64,000 nt of DNA from Mobula hypostoma (lineage: Eukaryota), in contig NC_086108.1 in NCBI RefSeq assembly GCF_963921235.1, forward strand, positions 109,060,001 to 109,124,000. The letters are read 5' to 3'. Below, one piece after another: positions 12,406 to 23,188 of the stretch. Within the stretch, counting starts at the first letter, position 1. Each line of letters begins with the position of its first letter. The notes under the pieces are model-generated. The model made no database searches. It had not been told where the DNA came from and was given only the letters and a program-made list of their open reading frames with translations. A program made the translations under genes and the position numbers.

Positions 12406-12718
12406 TGTGACAAGAGTCCTTGATGAGGATGAATAGGACTCAGATGCTGGGATATCTGAAACAAGGTTCAAAATATAATATTTCATTGGATCTGAGCTCA
12501 AGACAAACACTAGACAATATCACAAGCAGGCTTATGATTGAGTACCAAACCACAGTTCAGGTGTCCCTTAAAAATACTCAATTCTTGGCACTCGAAACAT
12601 GATTACAAAGTGGTGGGACTGTCCTGAACCCTTAAAGGGACCACATCTGCGATCTGCGCTCCAGGGAATTTGAGCATCTAAATCCCAGAATTGGCATGGT
12701 TGGGGGCATCTCATACCA
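12406..12718 (-). repeat. 5' LTR of Gypsy element 1
   Basis: TG...CA termini; followed on the minus strand by non-tRNA PBS GTATGATTGAGC and a decayed gag start. Confidence 0.88.
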
Positions 12719-13387
12719 GTGAGTGGTGAGGGTGTGGAACGTGCTGCCAGGGGTGGTGGTAGGGACAGATACATTAGGCATATTTAAGCCACTCTTAGAC
12801 AGGCATGATTAAAAAAAAATGGAGGGCTGCATGGGAAAGGGGGTGGCAGAGTGGAGATACATCTCAACTGATGGAAGCCTAAGGCTCCTCTTCCCTCTGC
12901 TAGCCTGCAGGTCACCCTTGGGCAGGGCAAGTAGCGTCTGCACAGCCACCCTATGATCAGGGTCACGTGAAGCCATATGAGAAGCCGGTGCATATCCCAA
13001 GTCCTGGTTATGTGACCACTGACACCAGGCAGACAATCTCTGAAGAGTATTGATAATGGCTGGGGTCACCCATCTTGTAAAGACACTGCGCAGAAGAAGA
13101 CAATGGCAAACTACTTCTGTCAAAAAATTTGCCAGGAACAATCACAGTCATGAGACCATGATTGCTCAAGTCATGACATGGCACTTAATGATGATCATGA
13201 ACATGTATGATCGCAAATGGCTAGAAAAGGTGGCAGACTCCATCATGGGCACAATCCCCCTCCCCCACCATCAGGGATATCAGGGATATCTCCAAGAGGC
13301 ATTGTCTTTAGAAGGCAAAATCATTAGATTTAAGGGATTTGGTATGTCGCCAAAGACTCTAGCAAATTTCTACAGATATGGAGAATA

Positions 13388-14049
13388 TGGCGGGAGGAGA
13401 AGATGGCGACGCGATGTAGCACGCGTGGCCTCTCCGGTGAATGATATCTTTAATCTGTCAAGTAGGATGCCGTGCACAATTCTGATTTGATGAGAGCACG
13501 GAGGAACTTCTGGTGAAGCTTCTGAAATGCCTGTTTTACTGCCACCACTACTGTATGATCAGAAATCTCCAGAGGGCAGGCCCCGAATCCTCGGCTTTGC
13601 CTGCTGCTTGGTGGCCGGGGCCGAGATCGAAGCGCTCGCAGAGATGGTGCTCGGTGCTCGGTGTCGGAGGGCGTGTCGGAGGCTCGAAGTTTTCGGACAG
13701 ACTCAGAGTCGGACTTTGGTCGGGTGCTTCCAGGGTGCTGTATCGGCAAGTTTGCGGAGCTGGAAGCTCATGGCAGGGAGAGTTTTTTCCCTTCTACCGT
13801 CTGCGTGAGATGATGGGGCTATCGGTACTTTGAGACTTTTTTTTACCGTGCCCATGGGCTGCTCTTATCAAATTACGGTATTGCTTTGCACTGTTGTAAC
13901 TACATGTTATAATTACGTGGTTTTTGTCAGTTTTAGTCTTGGTCTGTCTTGTGTTTCTGTGATATCATACTGGAGGAACATTGTATTATTTTTAATGCAT
14001 GCATTTCTAAATGACAATAAACGAGGACTGAGTGTCCTCATAATCTAAT
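13388..14049 (+). mobile_element. Non-autonomous LINE-derived element (copies about 50695-51290 and 53365-54092, both minus)
   Basis: Three similar non-coding copies; 5' AAGATGGCG motif, 3' AATAAA and (TCTAA)n tail; this copy flanked by AATAT duplication. Confidence 0.7.
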
Positions 14050-14196
14050 ATTCAGGCTGGTAGCATCATCACCTAGTATGGAGGGACCACTGCACAGGGT
14101 CAGAAAAAAGTGCAGTGAGTTGTAGTCTCAGTCAACTCCAAAAGGGACACTGCTCTCCCCACCATTGAGAACATCTTCAACAGGCAGTGCCTCAAG

Positions 14197-14938
14197 AGAG
14201 TTTTATTTGGGTTTTTAGCGCTGGAAATAGTTACATTCTGATGCATCTCATTAGCGGGGCAGCAGTATGGTCGTATTGTTTATTCCAGGGACCAACTGAT
14301 TGTGCTTATGCCGGCTGGTTTAGCGAAAAGAGCGGCGGACAACGCTGCTGAAATCTGGAGGAAAACACACGGAGGATGCAGAGGGGGATCACAAAGGCAA
14401 GAAAAGAGGACCGGGTCGAGACAACAGAGACTTATGGAGAAGAAGAGTTCTCCACTTGAACTGCACGTGGACATACCAGACCAAAACTTTTCCATGGATG
14501 GCTTCCAGTCCATTCGGGCTGACCGGAAGTGCACTGAGAGTGGTAAGCGTAAAGGAGTTGGGGTCTTGCTGTTCTGGTTAACAATGGATGGTGCAATCCT
14601 AGTCATATTACGATCGAGGAACGTGTTTGTAGCCCGGATATTGAACTTTTTGCTGTTGGACTCCAGCCATATTCCACCGAGATACAACACTGGGCGTCAT
14701 CGGAGGTTGTTCCTGCCTGTGGCCATCGAACTTTGCAGCTCCTCCCGTGGAGGGTCAGACACCCTGAGCCAATAGGCTGGTCCTGGACTTATTTCCATCT
14801 AGCATAGTTTGCATATTGTTGTTTGATTGTTTGTGGTTTTTGTATTTCTATATTTATGCTCTGTTCTTGGTTGGTGCAGCTGTAACGAAACTCAGTTTCC
14901 CTTGGGATCAATAAAGTATGTCTATGTCTATGTCTATG
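14197..14938 (+). mobile_element. Internally deleted Rex1-type LINE
   Basis: APE-endonuclease N-terminal remnant (MDGFQSIRADR..ESGKRKG) fused to a C-terminal motif (HRRLFLPVAIEL); AATAAA then (TATGTC)n tail. Confidence 0.75.
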
Positions 14939-15159
14939 TGGCATTCATCATTAAGGACCCTCACCACTCAAGGTATGCCCATTTCTTATTACTGCGATTG
15001 GGTAGGAGGTAAAGGATCATCAAGAGCCACACTCAGCGATCCAGGAACAACTTCTTCCCCTACACCATCAGATTTCTCAATGGTCCATAAACCCATGAAC
15101 ACTAGCTGATTCATCATTATTTGCCATGTCGTATGATGCTGGTAATCATGGTTGTCCAT

Positions 15160-15630
15160 CTGTCTTTAATCTAGAAGTTCTAATAAGCTTTTCAAAACAT
15201 TGGTCTGTCCACCCTTTGATGTAACTCATAAATATCATGCGCTGTCAACCACGACTTTTTCTTCCATCAATTTCTCCCATCACTGCAAGATGTTCGAGCT
15301 TCTCTTTCCTCAGTACATGTCCCAGAAATTCCAGCTGCCATTTCCTGATTGATGATATCAGCTTTCTTCTTATTCTGGCTTTCCGCAACACTTCCTCATT
15401 TGTTACTCAGCCCCTGCACGATATGTTCATCATTCTCCTAAAAAAAACACATTTCTGCCGCTATGAGTCTTCCTTCATTTTGCTTTCATGTTGTCACACA
15501 TTCACTTCTGTGTTAGTGTGAAATCCACAAAGCAACATGACACTCGGAGTTTCATACCCAGAAAAATTATGTTATTCTTTATTATCTTTCTCAAATGCTC
15601 AAACATGCATTTAGCAATCCCAGTCTTTCT
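15160..15630 (-). mobile_element. RTE-clade LINE 3' fragment
   Basis: Minus translation AAEMCFFRRMMNI..VTNEEVLRKA..QLEFLGHVLRKEKLEHLAVMGEIDGRKSRG. Confidence 0.82.
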
Positions 15631-16371
15631 TCTAATTATTAATTACCTCATTATTCCTTTTTATTGTACTATTGTTTTTGTAATTTATGGTAATTTTATG
15701 TCTTTACACTCCACTGCTTTTTCAAAACAACAAGTTTCACATCATCTAAGTCCATGACAATAAATCAGGTTCTGGTTCTGATTCTGATGAATTACATGAC
15801 TGTATAAGAAAACAAATTAATTAGCTTTTATTGTCTTCATATCCCAATTTCTTTGTGATTCTCATATGGCTGATCCTTTGAGTATGCCAACTACTCACCT
15901 GGTTGATGGGTAGTTCAAAGCGTTGTGGTTCTGTTTCATCAAGAGTGCCACTTGACATTATATTATATCAAGATACAGTTCCTGCAGTCTGTTAGTCCTA
16001 TACCTTTCTAAGGAGTTTGAGTAGCCACGGATAATTTATTTCGCTGGTTTCCAGTGATCTTCTCTGTAAACATTGAGCACATCTGCAAGGACCACTGCCA
16101 CAGGAAAGCAACATCCACTCATCAAGGGCACCCCCACCATCGAGGCTACATTCTCTTCTCGCTGCTGCAATGGGGAAGGATGTACAGGAGACTCAGGTCC
16201 AATGGCACAAGGTTCAGGAACAGTTATTAACCCTCAGCCATCAAGTTTTTGAACCAGATAAGATAACTTCACTCACCTCAACACTGAAACAGTTCCACAA
16301 CCTATGGACTCACTTTCAAGAACCCTACAACTCATGTTCTCAATATTTATTTATTTTGTTGTATTATTACT

Positions 16372-17140
16372 CGTAAATGGCACTACTGAAGATGAGAGTA
16401 AATGGTGCTACCGAGGATGAGAGGAAATGGTGCTACTGAAGATGAGAGTAGATGGTACTACTGAAGGTGAGAGTAAATGGTGCTACCAAGGAAGAGAGGA
16501 GATGGTGCTACTGAAGATGAGGGTAGATGGTGCTACTGAAGATGAGGGAAGATGGCATGACTGAAGATGAGAATAGATTATGCTACTGAAGATGAGGATA
16601 GATGGCACCACTGAAGGTGAGAGTAGATGGTGCTAGTGAAGATGAGAGTGGATGGTGCTACTGAAGATGAGAGTGGATGGTGCTACTGAAGATGAGAGTA
16701 GATGGTGCTACTGAGAATGGGAGTAGATGGAGCTACTGAAGATGAGAGTAGATGGTGCTAGTGAAGATGAGAGTAGATGGTGCTAGTGAAGATGAGAGTA
16801 GATGGTGCTAGTGAAAATGAGAGTAGGTGGAGCTATTGAAGATGAGAGTAGATGGTGCTACTGAGAATGGGAGTAGATGGAGCTACTGAAGATGAGAGTA
16901 GATGGTGCTAGTGAAGATGAGAGTAGATGGTGCTAGTGAAGATGAGAGTAGATGGTGCTAGTGAAGATGAGAGTAGATGGTGCTAGTGAAGATGAGAATG
17001 GATGGTGCTACAGAAGAGGAAAGTAGACGGTGCTAGTGAAAATGAGAGTAGGTGGAGCTATTGAAGATGAGAGTAGATGGAGCTACTGAAGATGAGGAGA
17101 GATTGCACCACTGAAGAAGAGAGTATAATGGCACCACTGA
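16372..17140. repeat. 25-bp minisatellite, about 30 units (GATGAGAGTAGATGGTGCTA(C/G)TGAA)
   Basis: Direct tandem periodicity of 25 with no unique spacers. Confidence 0.97.
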
Positions 17141-17439
17141 ATCTGAGCGACAACTTACAGGCGGCTCCCAAAGCAAGAAATACAACTAAGTACTTTATTA
17201 ATAGCACATTTACTGTAAAAAAGATGAAGAGGGGAGCAAAGGCGAGGCTGCCTCGAGGGTTGAGGCATGTGAGAGCGATGGAAGGTTGGAGCGAGGTTGA
17301 AACAAAGGTTGATAACCATGCATTTCAGATTAAGAATCAGAATCAGAATCAGATTTATTACCACTGACCTACATGACACAAGATATGTTGCTTGTGGCAG
17401 TGGTACAGGGTCAAGATATAAATTTATTATGTGTATAAA

Positions 17440-17775
17440 ATGATAAGAGGCACAGATAGAGTGGACTGCCACTTTCTCCCAGGGCAGAAATGACTAATAT
17501 GAGGGGACATAAGTTCACAAATGGAAGAAAGTTTGCAATGGGAGGGGATGGAATATCAAAGGTAAATTGTTTTAGACAGTGCATGGAATGCACTGTTGGG
17601 TTGGCGGTACAGGCAGATATATTAGCGACATTCAGGAGATTCTTCGGTACATGTTTGATAGAAAAATGAAGTGTTATGTGGGAGGGAAGGGTTAGATTGA
17701 TTTAAGAGTAGGTTTAAAATTCAGCACAACATTGTGGACTGAAGGGCCTGTATTGTACTGTAATGTTCTATGGTC
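17440..17775 (+). mobile_element. Old CR1 3' fragment
   Basis: Degenerate CR1 C-terminus and TTCTATGG tail. Confidence 0.75.
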
Positions 17776-17924
17776 CAGGTTCTTTTCAAGCTGTATCTTT
17801 ATCATTTGTAACTGGTTAATTTGGAATCTAAAAGATATTTTGTTTATTAAAAGCATTTTGGCCTAGAAGTTGTACTCTACCCTATTTTTGTGAATCACGA
17901 AATGTCAATCCTCCAAGCATAAGG

Positions 17925-18320
17925 TGATAGAACAGTACAGCACAGAAACAGGCCCTTTGGACCATCTTGTCTGTGCTGAACCATTAATCTGCCTAGCCCT
18001 CCATACACCTCCCATCCATGTACCTACCCAAACTTCTCCTAAATGTTGAAATCGATCCTACATCCTCCACTTCCTCTGGTAGCTCACTCCACACTCACAG
18101 CACCTTCTGAGTGAAGAAGCTCACCTTATTCTGAAACATTTCACCTTTTACACGTAACCCATAACCTCTAGTTGTAGTCTCAACCAACCTCAGTGGAAAA
18201 AACTCACTTGCATCATTTACCATATCTATATACCTTATAATTATTTATAAATTTTATACTTCTATAATTATATATAAATATACCTCTGCCTAACCTCTCC
18301 TCAATCTTCTATGTTCCAGG
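17925..18320 (-). mobile_element. Old CR1 3' fragment
   Basis: atagaacagtacagcacag tail and ccaccttctgagtgaagaag motif in reverse orientation. Confidence 0.75.
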
Positions 18321-18707
18321 TACCATGACATATATGGTTCATTGTTATTTGAAATATGATGGTGTCATTTCATTACGAGAGATATCTTTAATAATTGTAT
18401 TATATTAAGATACTGGTCCTGCAGTCAATTAAAACCGTAGCATTCTGAGGGAAGAGAGGCAACATGGTTAAGTTATCAAAGTCATTTTCACCGATCTCGA
18501 AATCAATGTCAAAATTAAAGCCAAGTTTCTCGCCATCTGCAGAAGTACACATAGGCACTGATGCAATACAAAACTTACTTGCAAGCAGCATCACCTGCAC
18601 AAAGCATCAGAGACACAACATCCACAGATAAAAAAGACATGAACTAAAGGTAAATTAAACACAATTTTTGCAAGAACTTACCTCAAACAGAAATGAGAAC
18701 ATCCATT

Positions 18708-19510
18708 GCAACACACGCAAAATGCTGGAGGAATTCAGCAGGTCAGGCAGAGTCTATAGAGAGAAGTAAGCATTAAATTTCGGAACAGAATTAGGCCATT
18801 TGGAGGGGAATGGGGGAAGGGGATGAAGTGAGAATGTTGGAGGTGATAGGTAGAATAGGGGAATGGCTGAAGAAGATGGAATCTGATTGGAGCGGTCAGT
18901 GGACTTTGGGAGAAGGGAAGAGAGAAACCAAAGGGTGGGTGGGCGTGAGGAAAAGAGAAGGGACACAAAGGGAATCAGAAAGGGGAATTGTAAAAAAAGA
19001 AGGGGAGAGGAGAAATTACCAGAAGATAAATAAATCTTTGTACATGGCATCAGGTTGGAAGCTACCCAGGTGGAAAGTGAGGGAACAGTCTCTGAGACTG
19101 CAGCAATGGTGACGAATAAATTCTTGCCTTGCAAGTTGGGGTTCTCCTCACCTGCCTATCACTGACCCCTCCTTCCCTTTCTCCTATGCTCCACTCTCCT
19201 CTCCTATAAGTACGTTTCTTCTCCAGTCCTTTGCCTTTTTCGCTTCACTTCCCAGCTTTTTACTTCATCACCCCTCTCCCACCCACCTGGTTTCATCTAT
19301 CACCTTCAAGCTTGTCCTCCTTCTGCACTCCCCACTTCCTTATTCTGGCATCTCCCCCCCCCCCCACTTCCTTTCCAGTCCTGATGAAGGGTCTCGGCCC
19401 GAAACATCGACTCTTTATTCAGTTCCATAGATGTTGCCTGACCTGCTGAGCTCCTCCAGCATTTTGTGTGTGTGCTCTGGATTTCCAACATCTGCAAAAC
19501 ATCTTGTGTT
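18708..19510. mobile_element. Penelope-like remnant, inverted arms
   Basis: Minus arm about 18708-19135, plus arm about 19135-19510 with hammerhead core CTGATGA...GAAAC at 19376-19412. Confidence 0.75.
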
Positions 19511-19631
19511 AACTTTTTTTTTCTGTGTTGCGTAAACGTACCAGTTCTGATGTTTAATTGTGAGAGAGACAATATGAGAAGCTTGATGAACCTTTGAATC
19601 TGGGGGCTCTATTATTTAGCTCATTTGTTTT

Positions 19632-20771
19632 ATACATAGATACATAGAATAGTACAGCACAGTACAGGCCCTTTGGCCCACATTGTTGTGCCGACCCTCA
19701 AACACTGCCTCCCATATAACCCCCCTATTTAAATTCCTCCATATACCTGTCTAGTAGTCTCTTAAATTTCACCAGTGTATCTGCCTCCACCACTGACTCA
19801 GGCAGTGCATTCCATGCACCAACCACTCTCTGAGTAAAAAACCTTCCTCTGATATCCCCTTGAACTTCCCACCCCTTACCTTAAAGCCACGTCCTCTTGT
19901 ATTGAGCAGTGGTGCCCTGGAGAACAGGCACTGGCTATCCACTCTATCTATTCCTCTTAATATCTTGTATACCTCTATCATGTCTCCTCTCATCCTCCTT
20001 CTCTCCAGAGAATAAAGCCCTAGCTTCCTTAATCTCTGATCATAATGCATACTCTCTAAACCAGGCAGCATCCTGGTAAATCTCCTCTGTACCCTTTCCA
20101 ATGCTTCCACATCCTTCCTATAGTGAGGCGACCAGAACTGGACACGGTACTCCAAGTGTGGCCTAACCAGAGTTTTATAGAGCTGCATCATTACTTCGCG
20201 ACTCTTAAACTCTAACCCTCGACTTATGAAAGCTAACACCCCATAAGCTTTCATAACTACCCTATCTACCTGTGAGGCACTTTCAGGGATCTGTGGACAT
20301 GTACCCCGAGATCCCTCTGCTCCTTCACACTACCAAGTATCCTGCCATTTACTTTGTACTCTGCCTTGGAGTTTGTCCTTCCAAAGTGTACCACCTCACA
20401 CTTCTCTGGCTTGAACTCCATCTGCCACTTCTCAGCCCACTTCTGCAACCTATCAATGTCTCTGCAATCTTTGACAATCCTCTACACTATCTACAACACC
20501 ACCAACCTTTGTGTCTTCTGCAAACTTGCCAACCCACCCTTCTACCCCCACATCCAGGTCGTTAATAAAAATCACAAAAAACAGAGGTCCCAGAACCGAT
20601 CCTTGTGGGACACCACTAGTCACAATCCTCCAGTCCAAATGTATTCCCTCCACCATGGCCCTCTGCCTTCTGCAGGCAAGCCAATTCTGAATCCACCTGG
20701 CCAAACTTCCCTGGATCCCATGCCTTCTGACTTTCTGAATAAGCCTACCGTGTGGAACCTTGTCAAATGCC
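19632..20771 (-). mobile_element. CR1 LINE, 5'-truncated
   Basis: ORFs 20453-20851, 20266-20448 and 19769-20254 ([26 protein letters not shown]); CATAGA tail. Confidence 0.95.
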
Positions 20772-22810
20772 TGTATCTGTATTTTGTATCTGGTGTGTTT
20801 TGGATTTCTTGAAGAGATACAAATGAAATAAATTACATTGGAATAAATCAATATTGTGAATAATTTGGTTAGAAAATAATAGGATATGACACAAACTTTC
20901 TACTCGTTCATGAGTTCAAGGTATAGCTCAAAAGACCTTGCAGGTAATCAGGTTTTATTTTACAGATAGCAAGAGATAAGAGCCATATAATCTATCTTGG
21001 AAATGTTAGTTGTAGGTTACATATTGATCAGGACAGTGGAGAGAACCTATCTGTGAATCTAATGATTCATAAGGAATCAGTACAGGTCAGTTCAGTTAGT
21101 AATAACGTCATGTTACCCACTATCCTACCATAGCGCCTCGATGACGATGGTGCTTTCTTGCAGCAGCGCTCCTTGTAGATGGGCTCAGTGGCAGGTGTTG
21201 CGTATTGATTTCTGTAATACATCAGTGATGAGGAGAAAGTTTTTAATGAACCTGAGATGACAACCTACCTGTTGAAGTGCATCGTTAAAAATATAAGTGC
21301 CGCAAGAATTAATTGAGTAAAATAAAACTCGTGCTTCTTTGGGAAGGAACAGAGATGGTCGAGTGAAAAATTGCAGGAAACAGGTGAAATTCACAGGTTC
21401 ATAAGCAGTAAGTCTTGGGTGATAATAACCATAAGTTTTTAAAAAATCAGAAATAGCTGGCTACATTGGAAAGATAGATGCATTTGATTGCACAAAAGAT
21501 AACTGACTGATGTATATGGAACAAATTGAGGATTATTTTGAGGCAAATGAAGGAGCCAATGAGAAGTGAGTGGCATTTTTGCTTAGTGTACCTAGGCAGA
21601 AAAGCATACAGGTTGCTTGGTAGCTTGGCTAAGAGATTGTTTAATGTGTGGAACTCTACAAGAAAGCATTCAAAAATGGATCTTAACTGAAGCACAACTT
21701 AAATTTAAAAGAGCAGTTGAAATTGCTGTTTCAAAGGGAACAGCAGACAGAAATGCAACTGAGTTGCAGTCAGGAATGTGCATGAACAAAATTGCAATGT
21801 TGAAACAGAAATCAGCCTGACTGAACAAATTGTGTTATGGTTGTGGAAGGGTCTCACATACACCACACCAATACAGATTTAAAGACAGAACTTGCAGAAA
21901 ATGCAACAAAGTAGGACACTTACAAAGAGCATGTTGGGCAGACAAAAATAAATGTGCTGCACAGGGTAGAGAAAGAGATAAAAAAAAAATCAAATTGCAG
22001 GTTCAAAAAGAGGACCAATCTGCATGCCGTTGTTTAAAAATCTGATAATGATCACAGTGACACAGGTCTGGGTACCCTACAGAGTTACAATGTGAAGAAT
22101 AACAATAAACAAGCTATGTGGCTTTCACCAGAAGTGAATGGCAAATTAATCAAAATGGAATTGGACACTGGCTTGACTGTTCCAGTCATCCTACAAAAAT
22201 TGTTTGGATAGCATTTCAGATACTGAACTGAAGCCTTCAGATCTTCAGCTAAGAACTGACATTGGAGAAAAGATTACCCTTGTGGGAATGACATTTATAA
22301 CAGTGAAATATAACAACTGACAAGCCATATTGTGTTAAAAACAGGAGGGCCAGAATTGCAGGGAGCTGAGTGGCTGAGACAACTACAACTTGATTGGTGA
22401 TCCATCCATCATTTGCATGCCACACCCCGACAATAAAATCAACGGAAAGCAAATTAAGAAAGGTACTGGATGATGCCGCAGCGATGGTATGGAAAACTCA
22501 AACATATCAAAGGTAAAATAGTGTTAAATGAAAATGCCATACCCAAGCTTTACTAAACTTGTCCAGTTCCTTATTAAGTAACCAAAGAGCCAGATCGCAT
22601 GGAAGCCAAAGGAATTCTTTCTAAGTTTGACTGAAGCCTGTAGGCAATGCCCAAGATCCTAGTAGTAAAGAAGGATGAGTCTCTCTTGACCTGTGGTGAT
22701 TTTAAGGTCACCATCAACCCAGTGCTGAAAATAGATCAATATCCTCTGCCCTGGATAGAGGATATCTTTGCAAACCTTTCAGATGGGAAACACTTCAACA
22801 AAGTAGACTT

Positions 22811-23188
22811 AAGACCATAAGACAATAAGATATAGGAGCAGAATTAGGCCATTTGGCCCATCATATCTGCCTCACCATTTCATCATGGCTGATCCAATTT
22901 TCCTCTCAGCCCCAATTTCCTGCCTTCTCATATCTATTCAAGCCCTAACCAATCAAAAATCTATCAAACTCTACCTTAAATATACATAAAGATTTGGCCT
23001 CTAGAGTGACCTCTGATAAAGAATTCCACAGATTCGTCACTCTCTGGCTAAAGATATTCCTCCACATCTTTGTTGTAAAATGACACCCCACTATTCTGAG
23101 CTGTGTCCTCTAGTTGTAGATTCTCACACCATAGGAAACATCCTCTCCACATCCATTCTATCAAGGCCTTTCGCTATTCAATAGATTT
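22811..23188 (-). mobile_element. CR1 3' end inserted in Gypsy RT
   Basis: AAGACCATAAGAC tail and CR1 3' sequence; probably the same element as 27945-29105. Confidence 0.85.

Larger units (their letters stand above)
6086..12718 (-). mobile_element. Decayed Gypsy LTR retrotransposon, Tf1/sushi (chromovirus) group
   Basis: Direct LTRs 6086-about 6380 and 12406-12718; TSD GTGAG at 6081-6085 and 12719-12723 inside a CR1 fragment; minus-strand remnants of protease (KAFVDSRAEGNF), RT (FVYLDD), RNase H ([16 protein letters not shown]) and integrase (VVSDRGPQF, HPQSN). Confidence 0.92.

Noticed and set aside
16372..17140. CRISPR-like array
   Set aside because: Units are contiguous with no unique spacers, there are no cas genes, and the context is vertebrate; it is a minisatellite
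18400..18600. Exon-like frame DGEKLGFNFDIDFEIGENDFDNL
   Set aside because: The putative acceptor appears to lie in a repeat tail, there is no good donor and the peptide is unrecognised
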